DNA from: an uncultured delta proteobacterium
Lineage (GTDB): Bacteria > Desulfobacterota > RBG-13-43-22
Reading direction: 5' to 3'
DNA: 64,000 nt
Assembly (NCBI GenBank): GCA_963802945.1
Contig: CAWDKY010000025.1
Span: forward strand, 64,001-128,000
Shown: one piece after another, positions 31,437 through 40,296 of the stretch
Layout: every line of letters begins with the position of its first letter
How positions within the stretch are numbered: the stretch's first letter is position 1
The notes under the pieces: model-generated
Database searches by the model: none
What the model was told of the DNA's origin: nothing
What the model saw: the letters and a program-made list of their open reading frames with translations, nothing else
Translations under genes and position numbers: made by a program

Positions 31437-32555
31437 ATGAATTTGGATTTGAGACTGACCGAAAGCGAAGAAATACTGAGGACCACGGCCGTCAATTTTT
31501 TAAAACGAGATATCAACAAGGAAACATTGGAGGCCCTTCATGAATCCGACACCGGATTCAATGAAGATATCTGGCGAAAAGTGGTGGACATGGGCTGGTT
31601 GGGCATTATTACACCCGAGGAATATGGAGGAACCGGATATCCGCTGACCACCGCCGGGATATTATTCGAGGCCCTGGGGAGCGCCCCACTGCCCGGCCCC
31701 TATTTTTCCTCTGGGATTCTGGGGAGTTTGATCCTCCAGGAGATCGGGACCGAGGGACAAAAAAAAGAAATTTTACCACAGGTGGCCGAGGGAAAGATTG
31801 TATTGTCCACGATTTTGACCGAAGCCGAATTAGGCTGGCATTCCGAAGTCCAGGTTGAGAGAAAAAATGGGGATTTTATTTTGAACGTCGAAAAAGGGAT
31901 TGCCCATGACGCCTCGGCGGCAACACATCTGATTGTGCCGGTCCGGACCGGGGAGAACAATTCTCTTTCCCTTTACCTGGTGGATAAAAAGACGAGCGGG
32001 GTTTCCATAAGGAAGCTACCGGGTTATTTAATGGGAAGGACCTTTGAAGTCAGACTCGATGCGGTGAAATTGCCTCCGGCGGCCCTGATCGGGGAAGCGG
32101 ATAAAGGATATGCCCCCTTATTCAAGGCCATCCAGAAATCCATCCCTGTCCTTTGTGCCTACAAAGTCGGCGGCTGCCAAGCCGTTTTTGAACTGGCGGT
32201 CGAACACAGCCGGGTCAGGGTCCAGTTCGGCCAGTCCATCGGCCGCTTCCAGCGGGTCCAGGATATGATCATCGACATCATTAACCAGGTCGATGCCGCC
32301 CGTTGGACGACCTATGAAGCCCTCTGGAAACTGGATACGCAAGGGCTGATTCCGGAAAGCATTCATCTGGCCAAGGCCGTAACCAGTGAGGCCTATTGGC
32401 AGTCATGCAACCAGGCGCATCGGGCTATAAGCGGCATCGGCTATTCCACGGAGCATCCCCTGAGCCTTCACACCAGGGCTTCTCGTTATCTATACAATTT
32501 TCTGGGCGAGCCGGCTTATCACAAACAGCAGTTGGCAAAACTTTTATTGTCATGA
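31437..32555 (+). CDS. Acyl-CoA dehydrogenase (beta-like subunit of heteromeric pair)
   Basis: MGWLG..PEEYGG, PLPGP, RVQFGQSIGRFQ, GIGYSTEH, C-terminal FLGEPAYH lacking the EGT motif. Confidence 0.88.
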   Translation: MNLDLRLTESEEILRTTAVNFLKRDINKETLEALHESDTGFNEDIWRKVVDMGWLGIITPEEYGGTGYPLTTAGILFEALGSAPLPGPYFSSGILGSLILQEIGTEGQKKEILPQVAEGKIVLSTILTEAELGWHSEVQVERKNGDFILNVEKGIAHDASAATHLIVPVRTGENNSLSLYLVDKKTSGVSIRKLPGYLMGRTFEVRLDAVKLPPAALIGEADKGYAPLFKAIQKSIPVLCAYKVGGCQAVFELAVEHSRVRVQFGQSIGRFQRVQDMIIDIINQVDAARWTTYEALWKLDTQGLIPESIHLAKAVTSEAYWQSCNQAHRAISGIGYSTEHPLSLHTRASRYLYNFLGEPAYHKQQLAKLLLS

Positions 32556-32673
32556 GCCATTGGACGGTTAACCGGCCTTTGGCGCGAGTGTCACATATTC
32601 AATAGTTGATTAAATTTGCAGTCATCGTAAGTGGGGAGCAAGACCTGTTTTCCTGTGCTATGGGGGAAAAGCC

Positions 32674-33546
32674 GTGAAAGAGAACCAATCAAGTCGGACG
32701 GCACTGAGCGTGGCCAGGCGCAGGGCCGTCCATCAGATTCTGGATGATCCAAAGGTATTCCATGATCCCCTGGCCTTGCGCATCGTGGGCCTGGGAGGGC
32801 TGTGGAAAACTCTAATGCGGTCGAATAGTCTAATACGGAAACTATTTTTCGATCAGTCATTGTTATTATTAGGTCGACGAGCCTTCATGGTCGCACGCAG
32901 TCGATATGCTGAAGATGAACTCCACAAGGCCGTTCAACGGGGCGTCTGCCAATATGTTATTTTAGGTGCTGGGTTGGATACCTTCGCTTATCGGAACTCA
33001 TACCCTGTGGATGTGCTCCGGGTCTTCGAAGTGGACCATCCGGCTACTCAGGCTTACAAGCGAAGGCGCCTTAAGGAAACCGGCATCCCGATCCCCAAGA
33101 CGCTGACTTTCTCGGCCATCAACTTTGAGACCCAAAGCCTTGAGGATGGATTGCGACAAGCGGGCTTCGATATCGGCCAAGGCACTTTCTTCTCCTGGCT
33201 CGGAGTGACTCAGTATTTAACGAAGGAGACGATTGCCGCCACTTTAAAATTCGTGGCTTCTCTGCCATCCGGCAGCGGAATCGTTTTTGATTACCATATT
33301 TCCCCGTCCTTGCTGAATCCGGCCCAGCGTCTGGCCCGTGAAAGTTTGGGCCAGCGGGTAAACTTGGTTGATGAGCCTTTTCAGACTTGCCTCGATCCCT
33401 CTTGGCTCAAGGGCAGCTTGATGGCCATGGGTTTCGGAACGGTCGAGGATGTAGTGTCGGAGGATCTGAATGCCCTATATTTTCGAAACCGGTTGGATAA
33501 CCTGAGAGTCAGCAGCCCCTCTCACATCATGAATGCGCGGGTCTGA
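32674..33546 (+). CDS. SAM-dependent methyltransferase (LCM/ML2640-like)
   Basis: SRTA, ARSRYAED, QYVILGAGLDT, FEVDHPATQ, WLGVTQYL. Confidence 0.9.
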   Translation: MKENQSSRTALSVARRRAVHQILDDPKVFHDPLALRIVGLGGLWKTLMRSNSLIRKLFFDQSLLLLGRRAFMVARSRYAEDELHKAVQRGVCQYVILGAGLDTFAYRNSYPVDVLRVFEVDHPATQAYKRRRLKETGIPIPKTLTFSAINFETQSLEDGLRQAGFDIGQGTFFSWLGVTQYLTKETIAATLKFVASLPSGSGIVFDYHISPSLLNPAQRLARESLGQRVNLVDEPFQTCLDPSWLKGSLMAMGFGTVEDVVSEDLNALYFRNRLDNLRVSSPSHIMNARV

Positions 33547-33740
33547 ACAACAGGATTTTTTTGGAATTATCATAAGTCCCACGATTGGCTCAAGCGTTGG
33601 AGGAGAGTCGGGAAAAAAAGGAATGACCGTATCAAGAACAGAGCAGGCCTGGTCAAGCCCAGAATGACACCGAAGGATGAATGTGGATATCCGCTGCTTG
33701 TGGCGGGAAGAATAAATAGATCTAAAAGGAGGAGTATTTA

Positions 33741-34304
33741 ATGGAAACTCATTACAGAAATAGGTTGATTTTCGGGGCTATGTTACTGTCGCTCATAACC
33801 GTGGCCGACATTATTCTCCATGAATTTCACCTTCCTTCTTGGCCGATGTTTATGATCCTGATGTTTTTCTTCTTGGCCCATACGGAAAAAGATGTGGCGC
33901 CGAATATTATCATCGGCGCGCTTTTGGGTATCGCCTGCTTTGACATCGCTCGGCCCATCATCGTGCCCCTTGTTCCCTTCACCGGTTTGTTCGGAGCAAG
34001 GTTGTTGTACCTTTTAGGCATGGTCGGCTCCATTATCCTGTTCAGGGAATTTGTACCGATAGCCTTCAACGACTATGCCTTCGCCTTTCTCCTTCTTTCG
34101 GGGATGGCTTCCAGAGAAAGACCGGAGACGGCCAGTAATCCCATTACTTGGATGGTTGTTACCTTGGTGGCAGGAACCATTATTATCCTGGCTATCCTGG
34201 GTATAAGACAAATCATTGTGGTCATTGAGACCCGCCGGGCGCGAAAAGAAGCCAGAGCGGCAGCCAGGGCACGGAAGGTAGCGGCACTGCGCTCGCAAGG
34301 TTAA
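33741..34304 (+). CDS. Integral membrane protein (possibly DUF1097-like)
   Basis: About 6 hydrophobic helices, RBS AGGAGG, basic C-terminal tail. Confidence 0.7.
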   Translation: METHYRNRLIFGAMLLSLITVADIILHEFHLPSWPMFMILMFFFLAHTEKDVAPNIIIGALLGIACFDIARPIIVPLVPFTGLFGARLLYLLGMVGSIILFREFVPIAFNDYAFAFLLLSGMASRERPETASNPITWMVVTLVAGTIIILAILGIRQIIVVIETRRARKEARAAARARKVAALRSQG

Positions 34305-34357
34305 ACAAAGGAATTTTAAATAATTGTGAGAGCGCAGAAATAAAAAGGAGAATTGAA

Positions 34358-34963
34358 ATGAAAAGAAATCCCGTAATGTTTTATGTGGCGATCCTATTTT
34401 TAATGATTATAGCGGCGGCGTTCATTTATAATAACTTTTCTCACATTTATCCCAGAACTTCTGCTTCTTCTGGGACGCCTTCCGAATTCAAATATCCTAG
34501 CTCACCTTCGTCAGGAGAGTCCTCCAGATTCAAATATCCCGGCCCCCCGGCCTTTAGCGTCGATATTCCGAAAGACTTCCAAAGAGGAACTCCAAAAGCC
34601 AAAGAAGGACAAATCCTTACCGGGAAAACAGCTTCCGGAGTCGTTGTAACCTTATCCGTCTTTAATATCCCAAAAGACATTTCAATGGAGGATAACGGAC
34701 CAAAGACCTTCCGTCCCCGTCTGGCCGGAGTTAAAAATCTTAAAATCGATGATATCAAAATGATTAGCAATGAGAAATTTGAACTGGATGACGGTACCCC
34801 AGCCTGGAAGTGCGAGATGAAATGGCCTTCCCGGGGCTCGACTATTATCACAACTTATTTGATAACCGCAGATAAAGATGGGAAGCGAGTCACAATAGCG
34901 GGCCACTCGTGGTCCAAACAAGCCGAGGCTTTAGGAATTCTTCAAAGTCTGAGTTTTAAATAA
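34358..34963 (+). CDS. Hypothetical membrane-anchored periplasmic protein
   Basis: N-terminal TM helix, RBS AGGAG, short internal duplication (EFKYP/RFKYP); PsbP/DcrB-like pattern is a guess. Confidence 0.7.
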   Translation: MKRNPVMFYVAILFLMIIAAAFIYNNFSHIYPRTSASSGTPSEFKYPSSPSSGESSRFKYPGPPAFSVDIPKDFQRGTPKAKEGQILTGKTASGVVVTLSVFNIPKDISMEDNGPKTFRPRLAGVKNLKIDDIKMISNEKFELDDGTPAWKCEMKWPSRGSTIITTYLITADKDGKRVTIAGHSWSKQAEALGILQSLSFK

Positions 34964-34982
34964 ATAGTGAAAGGGATTTGTT

Positions 34983-36116
34983 ATGAGAGAGGTTGTTGTT
35001 ATTGGGGCCGGATTGCATCGATATGGGGTTTTTCCGGATAAATCGATTTCCGACCTTGGCACAGAGGCCATTAGAAACGCCCTTCAAGATGCCCGAATGG
35101 AATGGAAGGATATTGAGGCCGCTTATTGCGGCACAATTCAACCGGGAATATCCACCGGACACCGGGTATGTAATAAAATGGGTTTGACCGGTCTGGGGAT
35201 TACTAATGTGGAAAATGCCTCAGCCAGCGGCTCTTCGGCCTTCAGAGAGGCTTACCTTTCGGTGGCTTCGGGGGAAAATGATATCGTCCTGGCCTTTGGG
35301 GTCGATAAACTCAACCCACCTCCGCCGGTTCTGGCAGGGACGAAAGAGAAAAAAGAAAAGCAGGCGATGTCGGAATCCAAACCCAAAAGACAATTACCCG
35401 TTCAACATTTCGCCGCCATGGCCCGTCATTATATGAAGGAATACGGCCTAACTCTGGAGCAATTAGGTCAGATCTCGGTCAAAAGCCATTACAATGCCAG
35501 TCTGAATCCCTACGCTCAGTTTCAAAAGACCGTCACCTTGGAAGAGGTCATGAGCTCCCGCATGGTTGCCGATCCCTTGACCGTGCTTCAATGCTGTCCT
35601 AGGGATGAAGGGGCGGCTGCGGTCATTGTCTGTGCCAAGGAGGTTGCTAAAAGATATACGGACAAAATGTGCCCGACTGTTGCCGCCTCTGTTCTCAAAA
35701 GTACATCCCCTGGCGGGGATTTCTTGGTTAATCTTACCAAGACATCGGCACAGGCCGCCTATGACAGGGCCGGGATAGGGCCGGAAGATCTGGATCTCAT
35801 CGAATTGCACGATGCCTTTACCATCGAGGAGATCATCTACTCCGAGGCACTCGGTCTATGTCCCAGGGGACAAGGGGCCAAGCTAGTTGAGGAAGGGGTA
35901 ACTTCTCTTAGCGGCCAACACCCGATTAACACCAGCGGGGGCCTTATCTCCATGGGGCATCCCATCGGGCCGACCGGTGCTGGTCAGATAGCCGAAATAC
36001 TATGGCAAATGAGGCGAGAATGCGGCCGGCGCCAGATTCCCAAACCTGTCAATTGGGCCCTGGCCCACATGGTCGGAGCAGGGGGGGTGTGCCTTATTCA
36101 TCTTTTCAAGAAATAG
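34983..36116 (+). CDS. SCP2/SCP-x type thiolase-family protein (Ser at nucleophile position)
   Basis: VENASASGSSA, NPYAQF, DEGAAA, ELHDAF, INTSGGL..GHPIGPTG. Confidence 0.9.
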   Translation: MREVVVIGAGLHRYGVFPDKSISDLGTEAIRNALQDARMEWKDIEAAYCGTIQPGISTGHRVCNKMGLTGLGITNVENASASGSSAFREAYLSVASGENDIVLAFGVDKLNPPPPVLAGTKEKKEKQAMSESKPKRQLPVQHFAAMARHYMKEYGLTLEQLGQISVKSHYNASLNPYAQFQKTVTLEEVMSSRMVADPLTVLQCCPRDEGAAAVIVCAKEVAKRYTDKMCPTVAASVLKSTSPGGDFLVNLTKTSAQAAYDRAGIGPEDLDLIELHDAFTIEEIIYSEALGLCPRGQGAKLVEEGVTSLSGQHPINTSGGLISMGHPIGPTGAGQIAEILWQMRRECGRRQIPKPVNWALAHMVGAGGVCLIHLFKK

Positions 36117-36179
36117 CCCCGCTATCATAGTCGGATTTTATTCAACTTTTGAAGATATGAACTTATTAGAGCAGACGGA

Positions 36180-38648
36180 ATGAAAACTAAGAAAAAAGAC
36201 GAAGGTCTCCTCAATCCATATCGAGTCCTGGACTTGGCCGATGAAAAGGGGCTTTTGTGCGGCAAAATATTGGGAGACCTCGGCGCCGACGTGGTCAAGG
36301 TCGAAAAACCAGGGGGAGACCCGGCCCGTCATATCGGCCCTTTTTATCATGATGAGGTTGACCCTGAAAAAAGTCTTTTTTGGTTTGCCTATAATACCAA
36401 TAAGAGGGGTATTACTTTGGATATTGAATCGGCCGCGGGTCAAGAGACCTTCAAAAAACTGGTTGAGACATCTGATTTTATTATTGAGTCCTTTCCGCCT
36501 GGATACCTGGATAAACTCGGTCTGGGATATTCGACCTTGGAGAAAATTAATCCGGGTGTCATCCTGGTTTCCATTACTCCCTTCGGGCAGACCGGCCCCT
36601 ACAAGGACTTTAAGGGGCCGGATATTGTGACCTGGGCCATGAGCGGCCAGATGATTTCTCTCGGTGATCCGGACCGTCCTCCCATCCGAATAAGTCATCA
36701 TTCCCAGTCTTATTTGCAGGCCGGCGCCGCCGGCGCCGTTGGAGCGCTGATGGCCCTGATTCACCGCCGGGCTTCCGGTGAAGGCCAGCAAGTGGATGTC
36801 TCTATACAGGTCTCAACCGTTCAACTCATGAGGACGTCTTTTTGGGATATGCGGAAAATTCGATTACCCCGGGGTTTCAGGATGGGCATTAAACCGCCCC
36901 GGATATGGGCCTGTGCGGATGGCTATGTCCTCTGGGTTTTATTCAGTGGTGCGGTAGCCAGGCGATTGAACGAGCCGATGGTCAAATGGATGGAGATCGA
37001 AGGTGAGGCCGATGCCTATTTATCGGAATTTAACTGGGATGAATTCAGTCTCCGTGACACAACACAGCAAGTAGTTGACGCCCTTTGTCAACCTATCCGC
37101 CGATTTTTTTTGAAACGCACCAAATCCGAACTCCTGCATGGTGCGGTAAAGTATAGGGTCGTCCTTTATCCGGTTTTCACCATGGCCGACATTTTAGGGA
37201 GCGTTCAACTGTCAGCCAGAAATTTCTGGGTCAAGCTGGAGCATCCTGAATTAGGTACCTATCTGACTTACCCGGGACCTTTCACCCAGGCGCAAGCCTG
37301 TTCCCCAAAGCTTAGGCATAGGGCCCCTCTGGTCGGCGAGCATAATAAAGAGATTGAGCTTGAGCTGGAAGGGCTTTCCGGGGGAAAGCCGATTTTTAAA
37401 AATCAGAATAAGGGGGAAAGGGGAGATTTAACCAGGAAGCCCATGGAAGGCATAAGGATTGCAGACTTCACCAGTTATGCCGCGGCCCCCTTAGCCACCA
37501 AGATTTTTGCCGATTTCGGTGCGGAAGTCATTAAAGTGGAAGGAGAAACCAGACCTGATCCCTGGCGGACTTTCGGCCCTTTTAAAGACGGTATTCCGGG
37601 AATCAACCGCAATGGAAGTTTCAACCAGATCAATACCGGCAAGCGCAGCCTCGCCATCAATCTCACTAAGCCTAAAGGTGTGGATATCGCCAAAGGCATC
37701 GTTGCCTGTGCAGATATAGTTATTGAAAATTTCGCCGGTGGCGTCATGAACCGAATGGGGCTGGGTTACGACGAACTCAAGAAGGTAAAGCCCGATATCA
37801 TCATGATCAGTTCCTGCATGCAAGGTCAGACCGGTCCCCACGCCTCCCATCCCGGATTGGGCCCTCATCTGACCGCCCTGGCGGGTTTTTGCCATATTTC
37901 CGGCTGGCCTGATCGGGGACCGGTGGAACTTGGTGTTTATACTGATCTGATTTGCCCTTATTTTAACGCCCTTTTGGCTCTGGCGGCCTTAGATTATCGA
38001 CGCCGGACCGGAAGAGGACAATATTTCGATAGTTCTCAATATGAAAACGCCTTGCAGTATATGGCTCCTCTAATACTGGATTATACGGTTAACGACCGAA
38101 TAGCCAATCGAATAGGGAATTCTCATGCTTCTGCCGCCCCGCATGGCGTCTATCGATGCCGCAGCGAAACCAATATAGTGAGATGGTGTTCCATTGCAGT
38201 ATTCACCGAAGAGGAATGGAAGAATTTTGGAAAAGTCCTTGGCAATCCTCCCTGGATCTATGATTCGAAGTTTGCCACTTTTAAGGGGAGAAAAGAAAAC
38301 GAGGAGGAGTTGAATCAACGAATAGAAGAATGGACGGTCCGCTACCCGCCGGAGAAAGTGATGGAGTTGATGCAGGCCCAGGGAGTGCCGGCGGGCCTGG
38401 TGGAAAACGGCCGGGACCAATTGGAGAATGATCCTCAATTAAAACATCGTCAGGCCTTTTGGGAGGTTGAGCATCCGGAAATTGGAAAATACCATGCTCC
38501 GGCACCGCCATTCCTGTTGTCAAAGTCCGCCTACGAAATTCGAAGAGCGCCCTTGCTGGGCGAGGACAACGAGTACGTCCTGAAGCAAGTTTTAGGCATG
38601 ACTGATGAAGTTATAGCCGAATTGGTCATCGAAGGGGTCATTGAGTAA
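36180..38648 (+). CDS. Tandem-fused class III (CaiB/BaiF) CoA-transferase
   Basis: Two full domains: RVLDL...LGDLGADVVKVE...RAPLVGEHN and RIADF...DFGAEVIKVE...RAPLLGEDN. Confidence 0.92.
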   Translation: MKTKKKDEGLLNPYRVLDLADEKGLLCGKILGDLGADVVKVEKPGGDPARHIGPFYHDEVDPEKSLFWFAYNTNKRGITLDIESAAGQETFKKLVETSDFIIESFPPGYLDKLGLGYSTLEKINPGVILVSITPFGQTGPYKDFKGPDIVTWAMSGQMISLGDPDRPPIRISHHSQSYLQAGAAGAVGALMALIHRRASGEGQQVDVSIQVSTVQLMRTSFWDMRKIRLPRGFRMGIKPPRIWACADGYVLWVLFSGAVARRLNEPMVKWMEIEGEADAYLSEFNWDEFSLRDTTQQVVDALCQPIRRFFLKRTKSELLHGAVKYRVVLYPVFTMADILGSVQLSARNFWVKLEHPELGTYLTYPGPFTQAQACSPKLRHRAPLVGEHNKEIELELEGLSGGKPIFKNQNKGERGDLTRKPMEGIRIADFTSYAAAPLATKIFADFGAEVIKVEGETRPDPWRTFGPFKDGIPGINRNGSFNQINTGKRSLAINLTKPKGVDIAKGIVACADIVIENFAGGVMNRMGLGYDELKKVKPDIIMISSCMQGQTGPHASHPGLGPHLTALAGFCHISGWPDRGPVELGVYTDLICPYFNALLALAALDYRRRTGRGQYFDSSQYENALQYMAPLILDYTVNDRIANRIGNSHASAAPHGVYRCRSETNIVRWCSIAVFTEEEWKNFGKVLGNPPWIYDSKFATFKGRKENEEELNQRIEEWTVRYPPEKVMELMQAQGVPAGLVENGRDQLENDPQLKHRQAFWEVEHPEIGKYHAPAPPFLLSKSAYEIRRAPLLGEDNEYVLKQVLGMTDEVIAELVIEGVIE

Positions 38649-38804
38649 CCGTTTAAGGCCGGATTAAAAAAAATTCGGGAAAACGTTTAGTCATGTTTTC
38701 AGGTCTTGATCGAAAATACCTCCCTGATTAACGGGGAGAGTTCATCAGGACTTTTCGGAAAATATTTCTACCAGCCATAAAACCGAATGAGAAAAGGGGA
38801 GCGC

Positions 38805-39959
38805 ATGGACTTCGAACTTTCAGCAGAGCAAAGAATGCTTAAGGAATCAGCCGCAAGGCTTATGGAGCGAGAGATAAAGCCGTATCTCGACCAGATTCCC
38901 CGCGGGCGGACGCTGGCTAAGCATGAAATTAAAGCACTTTTAAAAAAACTCAGCCCATTACAATATGTAGGCGCTCTTTTGCCGGAAGAATATGGAGGCG
39001 GCGGTCTTGATTTTTTTTCTTATGGGCTTTTGATGGAAGAATTGGACTATCGCATCTACAGCCTGGTCATGGCTACGGCCAATGCGGCGGAAGTTGTCTG
39101 CCATCGTGCCTCTGAGCCGCTTAAGGATAAATTGATTCCCTCTTTGCTTTCCGGTGAGATGATAGCCTGTCTGGCCGTTACCGAACCGGAGGCTGGGTCC
39201 GACATGGCTTCCTTGGAAACCAAAGCCGTTCGGAATGGGGGATTTTTTATTATAGACGGGGAAAAGAAATGGATCACTAATGGATCCTTGGCCGATGTAG
39301 CCCTGGTGCTGGCCAGAGAATTTTCCAATGAAAAGACCAAGGGTATATCTCAATTTGTGGTTGTCAGGGATGATTCTCCTTATGAAATCAGGCCGGTTAA
39401 TTCAATCGCCGACGGTCCTGTGCCTATTATGGGTGATCTGGTCTTTGAGAATTGTCATATCCCGATCGAGAACCGGATTGGTGGTCCCGGTGAAGGATTG
39501 CCAGATACTTTTTTAACGCTCCAGGCCAGACGATGCCTGGGTGCCCTGCATGGCGTCAACATCGCCCAAAAGGCTGTCGATGCTGCCATCCGTTATGCCA
39601 AAGAGCGGGTTCAATTCGGAAAGCCTATCGGGCAATTTCAACTTATTCAGTCCATGATCGCCGATATGATCGCCATGACGGATTCGGCACGGCTTCTGGT
39701 TTATCGGGCTATGGATCTGATCGGAAAAGGGAAACGCTGCCCCAAGGAGACCTCCCTGGCTGGGTTTTACGCCACGGGTACGGCGGTAAAGGTCACATCC
39801 ATGGCCATTCAGATCCATGGTGCTTATGGTCTTTCCACTGAGTATCCGGTTGAGCATCTATTTAAGACAGCGAAAACGTTAACGGTCTCTGAGGGAACCC
39901 AACAGATCCAAAAACTGGTTGTGGCTGGTGAAACCCTTGAGTTGAATGCCCTGGTGTAG
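38805..39959 (+). CDS. Acyl-CoA dehydrogenase
   Basis: VTEPEAGSD, GEKKWITNG, RVQFGKPIGQFQ, IQIHGAYG, EGTQQIQK. Confidence 0.93.
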   Translation: MDFELSAEQRMLKESAARLMEREIKPYLDQIPRGRTLAKHEIKALLKKLSPLQYVGALLPEEYGGGGLDFFSYGLLMEELDYRIYSLVMATANAAEVVCHRASEPLKDKLIPSLLSGEMIACLAVTEPEAGSDMASLETKAVRNGGFFIIDGEKKWITNGSLADVALVLAREFSNEKTKGISQFVVVRDDSPYEIRPVNSIADGPVPIMGDLVFENCHIPIENRIGGPGEGLPDTFLTLQARRCLGALHGVNIAQKAVDAAIRYAKERVQFGKPIGQFQLIQSMIADMIAMTDSARLLVYRAMDLIGKGKRCPKETSLAGFYATGTAVKVTSMAIQIHGAYGLSTEYPVEHLFKTAKTLTVSEGTQQIQKLVVAGETLELNALV

Positions 39960-39965
39960 GTTAGG

Positions 39966-40270
39966 TTATTAAGGGTCTCATAATTGTCTTGACATGAAAC
40001 GTTTTACTTCACCTTAGATTAAGGACCGGGAAGGTTTTATTTTTGGGGTTGTCCACCCTGAACCTGGAAGCTTCTTTGCCGGGCAAATTATTTAACTAAA
40101 TCAAGAGCAGGCCTTCACCGGTGCTCGAAACAGGCTACGGTGTATGCCCTGCCTCGAATCAAACTTTACTGGACTGGCCGGGATAGGGCGATAAATTACC
40201 CTTTGGACAATCCCCAAAAATAAAACCTCCCCGGTCCTTTTTGTCAATATTATTTTGAGACCCTTAATAA
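39966..40270. mobile_element. Candidate MITE / non-autonomous element with nested inverted repeats
   Basis: Outer 29-bp IR at 39966-39994 / 40242-40270; inner ~35-bp IR at 40021-40055 / 40204-40239; TAGG immediately flanks both ends. Confidence 0.65.
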
Positions 40271-40296
40271 TAGGCTGTAGGGAGGAGCTTAAGATC

